From NCBI RefSeq assembly GCF_004353825.1, contig NZ_SMNA01000005.1:434001-498000 (forward strand): a stretch of DNA of 64,000 nucleotides, in the 5' to 3' direction. The translations under genes and the position numbers were made by a program. Below are positions 58,306 to 64,000 of this stretch, in pieces. A model generated the notes under the pieces. It was not told the DNA's origin. It was given only the letters and a program-made list of their open reading frames with translations, and did not search any database. The stretch comes from Occultella glacieicola. Lineage in GTDB: Bacteria; Actinomycetota; Actinomycetes; Actinomycetales; Beutenbergiaceae. How positions within the stretch are numbered: the stretch's first letter is position 1; each line of letters opens with the position of its first letter.

Positions 58306-58448
58306 CTCGCTCCTTCACGTCGATGCGGCCATGGTGTCATGCAGCGCCGCCCGGCGAGATGGGGGATTTCCCTCATGACGCCACGGCGCGCACCGACCAG
58401 GGTGGACCCACCAGACCCGCCGGGTCACCGGACACCCGAGGAGAGGCC

Positions 58449-58718
58449 ATGCCGACGTTCCTGATCCGCCGCGCCGTTCCGAGCGCGGGGGAACTCACTC
58501 CGCAGCAGCTCCGCGCGCTGTCGACGGCATCGAACGCCGCCGCACGCGCGCACGTCGGCGCATCCGCCCGCTGGGAGCGGACCTTCGTGGCCGGCGACCA
58601 CCTGGTCTGCCTCTATCGCGCCGCCAGCGAGGCGCACGTTCGCGAACATGCCCGGCTCAGTGGGTACGTCGCCGAGGAACTCCGCCACCTGTTCGGACGA
58701 CCCACCCACCTGTCCTGA
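58449..58718 (+). CDS. DUF4242-like small protein
   Basis: FLIRR.VP.AG.L, W..TFV.GD...CLYRA.SE..VREHA..SG; GAGGAGAGG RBS. Confidence 0.75.
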   Translation: MPTFLIRRAVPSAGELTPQQLRALSTASNAAARAHVGASARWERTFVAGDHLVCLYRAASEAHVREHARLSGYVAEELRHLFGRPTHLS

Positions 58719-58741
58719 AACGGGGATGGCCCCGATCGCTC

Positions 58742-58771
58742 TTGACAGATCGGTAACCGTTAGGTTACCAA
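58742..58771 (+). promoter_or_regulatory. ArsR promoter/operator
   Basis: TTGACA at 58742 and perfect GGTAACC-GTTA-GGTTACC at 58752-58769, just upstream of ATG 58778. Confidence 0.75.
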
Positions 58772-58777
58772 TGTGAC

Positions 58778-59143
58778 ATGGACGCCTTCGCCGCCCTCGC
58801 GGACCCGGTACGCCGGGACCTCGTGAGCCGGCTCGCCAACGGATCGGCGCGTGTCGTGGATCTCGCGGGCGAACACGCCATCAGCCGACCGGCGATCAGC
58901 CGCCATCTGCGGGTGCTCGGCGAGGCCGGCCTGGTGGCCGCGGACGACGTCGGGCGCGAGCGGCACTACCGGCTCGAGCGCACCGGGCTGGCCCCGGTGG
59001 CCGACTACCTCGCGGCGCTCGAACCCCAGCCGCGCTTCGACGACTCCGTCCTCGACGGTCTCGACCTCGAGGTCCGACGCGCCGTCCGGGACCGGACCGG
59101 CACCGACGCCATCATCCACACCACGACCGAGGAGACCGCATGA
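58778..59143 (+). CDS. ArsR/SmtB family transcriptional regulator
   Basis: FAALADPVRR, ISRPAISRHLRVL.EAGLV....GRERHY. Confidence 0.93.
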   Translation: MDAFAALADPVRRDLVSRLANGSARVVDLAGEHAISRPAISRHLRVLGEAGLVAADDVGRERHYRLERTGLAPVADYLAALEPQPRFDDSVLDGLDLEVRRAVRDRTGTDAIIHTTTEETA

Positions 59144-59661
59144 GTACCACCGACACCCCCCGCGCCACAGGGCGACACCAGGAACGGGACGGGGTCGCCT
59201 ACCTCGTCTTCGAGCGCACGTTCCGGGCGCCGATCGCCGACGTCTGGGCGGCCGCGACCGAGTCCGACCGGCTGGTGCGCTGGATCGGCCACTGGGCCGG
59301 AGACCCGTCCAGCGGCTCGGTGTCCTTCTGGATGACCGCCGAGGCCGCAGACGCACCGGAGGAGACGATCTACATCGACGTCTGCGACGCGCCTCAACGC
59401 CTGGTGATGCGGTCGGCGCGTCCCGACGACAGCGCCGTCGAGTGGACCTGGCAGATCGACCTCGCCGAGACCGACGGCGTCACCACGCTGACATTCGCCC
59501 AGGAGGTCGGGGATGCCACCCTCGCGGAGGGCGTGGGCCCGGGGTGGGACTACTACCTCGACCGGATGGTCGCGGCGGAGACCGGCGCCGATCCCGGTAC
59601 GGTCGACTTCGACGCGTACTACCCGGCCCTCACCGAGCACTACCGCAACGAGTTGGCCTGA
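59140..59661 (+). CDS. SRPBCC (AHSA1-like) domain protein
   Basis: FERTFRAPIADVWAAATE..RL.RW, GPGWDYYLDR; ATGA-coupled to ArsR. Confidence 0.9.
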   Translation: MSTTDTPRATGRHQERDGVAYLVFERTFRAPIADVWAAATESDRLVRWIGHWAGDPSSGSVSFWMTAEAADAPEETIYIDVCDAPQRLVMRSARPDDSAVEWTWQIDLAETDGVTTLTFAQEVGDATLAEGVGPGWDYYLDRMVAAETGADPGTVDFDAYYPALTEHYRNELA

Positions 59662-59670
59662 CCGGCACCC

Positions 59671-59994
59671 TCACGTCCCCGGAGCGTTCGCGGCCCACCG
59701 GTGCGCGGCGTAGTCGACACCCACCGCCAGCCGGTAGACGCCCACAAGCGTCGCGACCAGACCCACCCCCGCGACGATGAGACCGACGGTCAGCCAGACC
59801 CGGCCGGGGTCGTTCTGCGCGGCACCGGTGAGTTCCCAGACCAGGCTGAGGTACCGGGCGTGGTCCACCGCCAGCCAGCCGCCCACCAGCAGCGCCACGC
59901 CGAAGGTGAGCACGACGGCGGAACCCACCGGCGACGGATCCGGCACCCGCAACCCGCCGCTCCCCTGCGTGCCCGACTCCCCCGCATCGCTCAT
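59671..59994 (-). CDS. small two-TM hypothetical protein
   Basis: Two hydrophobic segments, GC3-rich codons. Confidence 0.6.
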   Translation of the reverse strand: MSDAGESGTQGSGGLRVPDPSPVGSAVVLTFGVALLVGGWLAVDHARYLSLVWELTGAAQNDPGRVWLTVGLIVAGVGLVATLVGVYRLAVGVDYAAHRWAANAPGT

Positions 59995-60069
59995 GCGGGC
60001 CATCAAACCACGCCGCGGCGACGGGCTCGGACCTGCCGGCCGCCTCGCGCGGACGCTCCCTCGGTCCGG

Positions 60070-60975
60070 TCAGCCCTTGATCCCGGTGAGCGTCACGCCC
60101 TCGACGAAGTAGCGCTGCAGCACGAAGAACAGCAAGACGATCGGGAGGATCACCACGAGCGATGCCGCCATCAGCAGACCCCACTGTGCGGTATAGGTGC
60201 TCTGGAACGTCGCGAGCCCGAGGGCCAGCGTGAAGTTGTCGCTGTCGGTCAGGTACAACAACGGGCCCAGGAAGTCGTTCCAGACCCCGATGAAGGTGAA
60301 GATCGTGACGACCACGATCACGGGTTTCGACAGCGGCATCACGATCCGCGTGAACACCTGCCACGGGTTCGCACCGTCGATGTAGGCGGCCTCATCCATC
60401 TCGTAGGGGATGGTGAGGAAGAACTGCCGGATCAGGAAGATGTTGAAGACACCGCCGCCAGCGCCGGCGAACCACGCCGGCAGCGTCAGCGGGATGAAGG
60501 TGTCCAGGGCACCGAGCGCGGCCCAGCCCACGAACGTCGGGATGAGGGTGACGGCGTACGGCAGCATCACGCCGGTCAAGAGCAACCCGAACACCAGGTT
60601 GCGACCGCGCCACCGAAGTCGCGCGAAGCTGAAGGCGGTCAGCGAGCAGGTCAGCACCGTCCCGGTGACGACGAGCACCTCGATGATCATCGTGTTGAGG
60701 AAGTAGCGCACGAACGGCTGCGCGGTCAGCGCGTCGGGAAAGTTCTCCCACGCGACCGGGTTCGGGATCCACTGGGGTGGATTGATGAAGATCTGGGCGT
60801 CCGTCATCAGGGCGCTGCGGACCAGCCAGACGAATGGCATCAGCATCGCCGCCGCGCCGAACGCGAGGATCAGGAACATCATCGCTCGCGTCAGGGGCCG
60901 CCCACCCGTGACCTGGTCGCCGGTGCGCCGACGTCGGCGTCCGACGCTCAGCACGGATCGCATCGAGGAACTCAT
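60070..60975 (-). CDS. carbohydrate ABC transporter permease (MalG-like)
   Basis: EMDEAAYIDGA, WNDFLGPL, QRYFVEG; ATGA overlap with the upstream gene. Confidence 0.94.
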   Translation of the reverse strand: MSSSMRSVLSVGRRRRRTGDQVTGGRPLTRAMMFLILAFGAAAMLMPFVWLVRSALMTDAQIFINPPQWIPNPVAWENFPDALTAQPFVRYFLNTMIIEVLVVTGTVLTCSLTAFSFARLRWRGRNLVFGLLLTGVMLPYAVTLIPTFVGWAALGALDTFIPLTLPAWFAGAGGGVFNIFLIRQFFLTIPYEMDEAAYIDGANPWQVFTRIVMPLSKPVIVVVTIFTFIGVWNDFLGPLLYLTDSDNFTLALGLATFQSTYTAQWGLLMAASLVVILPIVLLFFVLQRYFVEGVTLTGIKG

Positions 60976-61928
60976 CGCGCACCTCCCGCTTCGTAGTAGA
61001 CCCAGCTCCGGGCGTTGCGGAACAGCAGCGCCGTGATGACGAGCACGATGAGGAACAGCACCCAGGCCAGGGCGCTCGCGTATCCCATCTGGCTGTCCGT
61101 GAACGCCTGGGTGTACAGGTAGTAGATGTAGAACAGCGTCGCGTTGTTCGGGCCACCGCTCGTCATGATGTAGGCCTGGTTGAACACCTGGAACGTGCCG
61201 ATCACGCCGGTCACCAGGTTGTAGAAGATCACCGGCGTCATGAACGGCAGCGTGACGTGCCGGAACTTCGCCCACGCACCACCGCCGTCGAGTGCGACTG
61301 CCTCATAGAGGTGCCGTGGAACCCCCTGCAGCCCGGCGAGGAAGATCACCATCGCGTTCCCGAAGCCCCACGTGCTCATGATGATGAGCGAGGGCACCGC
61401 CGTGGACTCGGCGTAGATCCAGTTCGACGTCGGCAGTCCCAGCGCCCGCAGCACCGAGTTGAAGAGCCCGGAGTCCGGGTTGAAGATCCAGATCCACAGG
61501 ACCGCGCTGGCGACCGCGGGCACGAGTGTCGGCAGGTAGTAGATCGTGCGCCACATCGACTGCCGCCGCCAGCCGGCGTTGACCAGCATCGCCACGACGA
61601 ATCCGACCACCAGGGCGATCGGGACCGCGGCGAGGGTGTAGTAGGTGGTGACCCCGAGCGACTTCCAGAACAGTGGGTCGTCGACCATCGCCTGGTAGTT
61701 GCCCAGGCCGATGAAGTTCGGCGCCGCTCCTACGGTCCAGTCGGTCAGGCTGAAGATGAAGGACGCCACCATCGGCCCGATCGTGAAGATCAGGAAGCCG
61801 AGGATCGCCGGCATCGCGAACAGGACTCCCCACCGTGCCTCGGCGCGGCCCATCCGACTGCGACGCCGCCCTGCTGGTCGGGGCGGGGTGGTCGCCTCGG
61901 TGACCGGGTCCGCCGTCGCCGTGCTCAT
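60972..61928 (-). CDS. carbohydrate ABC transporter permease (MalF-like)
   Basis: FIGLGNY, LYEAVALDGGG, MTSGGP, MGYASA; ATGA overlap with the upstream gene. Confidence 0.94.
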   Translation of the reverse strand: MSTATADPVTEATTPPRPAGRRRSRMGRAEARWGVLFAMPAILGFLIFTIGPMVASFIFSLTDWTVGAAPNFIGLGNYQAMVDDPLFWKSLGVTTYYTLAAVPIALVVGFVVAMLVNAGWRRQSMWRTIYYLPTLVPAVASAVLWIWIFNPDSGLFNSVLRALGLPTSNWIYAESTAVPSLIIMSTWGFGNAMVIFLAGLQGVPRHLYEAVALDGGGAWAKFRHVTLPFMTPVIFYNLVTGVIGTFQVFNQAYIMTSGGPNNATLFYIYYLYTQAFTDSQMGYASALAWVLFLIVLVITALLFRNARSWVYYEAGGAR

Positions 61929-63295
61929 ACCCGCGGGTTCGGGTAGAAGCCCTGCAGCATCCCGTCGTTGAGCTGGCCGGCGACCTCGTCCATCACGGTC
62001 TGGACGTCTTCCTCGCCGGTCTGGATGCGTTCCATCGCGGGCGAGATCACCTTGTCGATGTCCTCGTAGTTCTTCATCCTCTCGGCGAAGTACCGCGTGG
62101 AGCTCGAGACCGCGTAGTCCACGACCGCGGTGCGGTACTCCTCGGGGTGCGCGTCGTTGTCGATCCAGACCTTCACGAGGTCGTCGTCGGTGTAGTACTT
62201 CTCCTCGACCGGCATCCACAGCCCTGACGAGAACAGGCTGACCACCGACGGGTCGGACTGGTAGGTGTACAGCTCCAGCGCCTCGTCGAGATGCTCGGTC
62301 TCCGTGGAGATGCCGATCGCGCCACCCATCGACGCCGTCGAGGGTGTTCCGTAACTCGGGAGCACCCCGATGCCGTACTCGAAGTCGGCCCCGCTGATGT
62401 CCAGCAGCGCCCACTGCCCGTCGATCGCCATCCCGAGGCGATCGGAGGCGAGTTGCGCCGCGGTCGACGGCGCATTGTTACCGAGCTGTGTGGGTGAGGG
62501 GGCCACCCGGTGCACGTGCATGAGGTCGACCAGGTTCTGCAGCACCTCCACCGCCTCCGGGCTGTTGAGCAGGGTGGTCGTGCCGGACTCGTCGACGACG
62601 TCGACGCCGTTGCTCAGCAGCAGCCCGTACCAGGCGGCCGACCACATGTTCGCCAACGTCCCGAACCGGGCCACCTGGGTGGTGTCGAACCCGTCCTCGT
62701 CGGGTCGGCGCCCGCTCTGGTCCACGGTGAGCCGGTACGCCGCCTCGACGAACGCGTCCCAGTTCCAGGCACCGTCGGCCGTGACCGGCGGCAGTTCGAT
62801 CCCGGCTTCGGAGAAGGCCTTCTTGTTGGTGAACAGGCACATGATCTCGAGTGCGGCCGGTGTGCCGAAGGTCTGGGTCTCGCTCCAGTAGTTGTACGCC
62901 TCCGGGAGCCGCTCGCCGATGCCCGGATAGTCGTCGAAGTACGGGGCGAGGTCGAGCAACCTGTCCTGTTCGGCCAGCCGGTAGGCCATCGGGTTGTTGA
63001 TGTAGGCGACGTCGGGCATCCGGTCGGACGCGATCAGGGCGTTGAGCTTGGTGTCGTAGTCGTCCGGCGTGTACAGCGGCTCGACCGTCAGGTCGACGTC
63101 CTCGGGCAGCGTGGTCTGGAAGCTGGAGAGCATGCCCTCGACCGCCTCCTGTTCCGCGGTCGACCCCCAGAACATGTACTGCATCTTGGGGCCGCCTGAG
63201 CTGCAGGCGACGAGGGAGCCGCCGACGGCGGTTCCCAGCGCGGCGACGCCGCCGAGACGGAGCACGTCTCGGCGGTTGAGGAAGATCGGCTTCAT
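61925..63295 (-). CDS. sugar ABC transporter substrate-binding lipoprotein, Tat-type signal
   Basis: NRRDVL...LVAC, NKKAFSEAGI, WNWDAF; AAGGAG RBS. Confidence 0.92.
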   Translation of the reverse strand: MKPIFLNRRDVLRLGGVAALGTAVGGSLVACSSGGPKMQYMFWGSTAEQEAVEGMLSSFQTTLPEDVDLTVEPLYTPDDYDTKLNALIASDRMPDVAYINNPMAYRLAEQDRLLDLAPYFDDYPGIGERLPEAYNYWSETQTFGTPAALEIMCLFTNKKAFSEAGIELPPVTADGAWNWDAFVEAAYRLTVDQSGRRPDEDGFDTTQVARFGTLANMWSAAWYGLLLSNGVDVVDESGTTTLLNSPEAVEVLQNLVDLMHVHRVAPSPTQLGNNAPSTAAQLASDRLGMAIDGQWALLDISGADFEYGIGVLPSYGTPSTASMGGAIGISTETEHLDEALELYTYQSDPSVVSLFSSGLWMPVEEKYYTDDDLVKVWIDNDAHPEEYRTAVVDYAVSSSTRYFAERMKNYEDIDKVISPAMERIQTGEEDVQTVMDEVAGQLNDGMLQGFYPNPRV

Positions 63296-63348
63296 TGTCG
63301 GGCTCCTTGCGGGTGGGTGTGCGAGGGGTGGGATCTTCCTGACGAGCG

Positions 63349-64000
63349 TCAGGAGGTTGTGGCGACCGGCACGCGCCGCCCGGTCTCGAAGGATGCGATC
63401 GCCGCGTGGGCCAGCTCGAGTGCACGGCGCCCGGCACGTGCGTGGATCGGTGGTGGGTCGCCGGCGCGCAGCGCCGAGAGCAGGTGCTCGACGTGTCGGT
63501 CGAACGTCCCGTGGAAGCGACGCGCCTCGTCGTCGAAGTAGCCCGCCTCCCAGACGCGGCGCTCCGCGTTCCCGGCTCGGGCGACCTCGAGACGACGGAC
63601 GGTGTCGTGGATCGTCAGGCGGCCGTCGGTCCCGTTGACCTCGACGAGCTGGCTGTCCGGATAGGCGTAGGAGGTGTCGTAGCTGCCCAGCATGGTGGCG
63701 ACCACGCCGTCGGCGAGTTCCAGCGCCAGCGCGATCGTGCTGTAGTCGCCGTACGTGGCGTCGGTCATCTGGGCCGCGACGGACACCACCGGACCGGCGA
63801 GGTGCTCGATCATGTCGAAGCCGTGGCACTGGGTCTCGATGAGGTTGGCGTGCCGCGAGGTGCCGTGGTTGGCCTCACCTCCGAACCGCCAGGTGACGAA
63901 GACCAGCCGCCCCAGCTCGCCGGCGTCGATCGCGGCTTTCGCGCGCTGCACGGGCTCGGCGTACCGGTGGTTGAAGTTGATCGCGAAGAAGCTGCCCGAC
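63349..64000 (-). CDS. Gfo/Idh/MocA family oxidoreductase, C-terminal part (start outside window)
   Basis: FAINFNHRYAEPVQRAK..I..GELG, IETQCHGFD; frame open to the window edge. Confidence 0.85.
   Translation of the reverse strand, partial: SGSFFAINFNHRYAEPVQRAKAAIDAGELGRLVFVTWRFGGEANHGTSRHANLIETQCHGFDMIEHLAGPVVSVAAQMTDATYGDYSTIALALELADGVVATMLGSYDTSYAYPDSQLVEVNGTDGRLTIHDTVRRLEVARAGNAERRVWEAGYFDDEARRFHGTFDRHVEHLLSALRAGDPPPIHARAGRRALELAHAAIASFETGRRVPVATTS

Noticed and set aside
107..64000. Many long antisense or alternate-frame ORFs in the track (e.g. 298-1788, 5566-7545, 28112-29686, 41684-43471, 52887-54881)
   Set aside because: They shadow well-supported genes, are Arg/Pro/Gly-rich or mirror frames, and are expected from stop-codon scarcity at high GC.

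Overview
High-GC actinobacterial chromosome segment; gene order and content suggest Micrococcales, but the genus cannot be fixed from sequence alone. The backbone is a conserved housekeeping region: rlmB-cysS, carD, regX3/senX3-phoU, gpmA, lsr2-lysS, pantothenate and folate genes, ftsH-hpt-tilS, dacB-ppa, an NlpC/P60 hydrolase and metY-metX. Accessory blocks interrupt it: a 16.7 kb insert between cysS and carD (IclR-controlled sugar/sugar-acid catabolic cluster, MarR/ABC exporter, PadR/membrane protein, frameshifted CPBP protease), and a right-hand block (RAMA-domain protein, FAD/Fe-S oxidoreductase, ECF sigma with anti-sigma-like partner, ArsR/SRPBCC, second sugar ABC transporter). I saw no tRNA, rRNA, CRISPR array, transposase or prophage. 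The most notable observations are: (1) three copies of a ~75-bp intergenic hairpin repeat with compensatory base changes and a conserved ACGCCG loop; (2) three tiny unannotated ORFs translationally coupled to neighbours by start/stop overlaps (two bridge whole intergenic gaps, one is a leaderless uORF); (3) an apparently inactive nuclease-fold plus RAMA reader protein; (4) a DUF2520(PanG-like)-PanC fusion and a FolB-FolK fusion with a ~400-aa disordered tail; (5) an AT-enriched zone over lsr2 and the 3' half of lysS; (6) ispDF and clpC missing from their usual positions. Family assignments come from motif recognition only; no database searches were run, and start codons were chosen by RBS, overlap or leaderless -10 logic.
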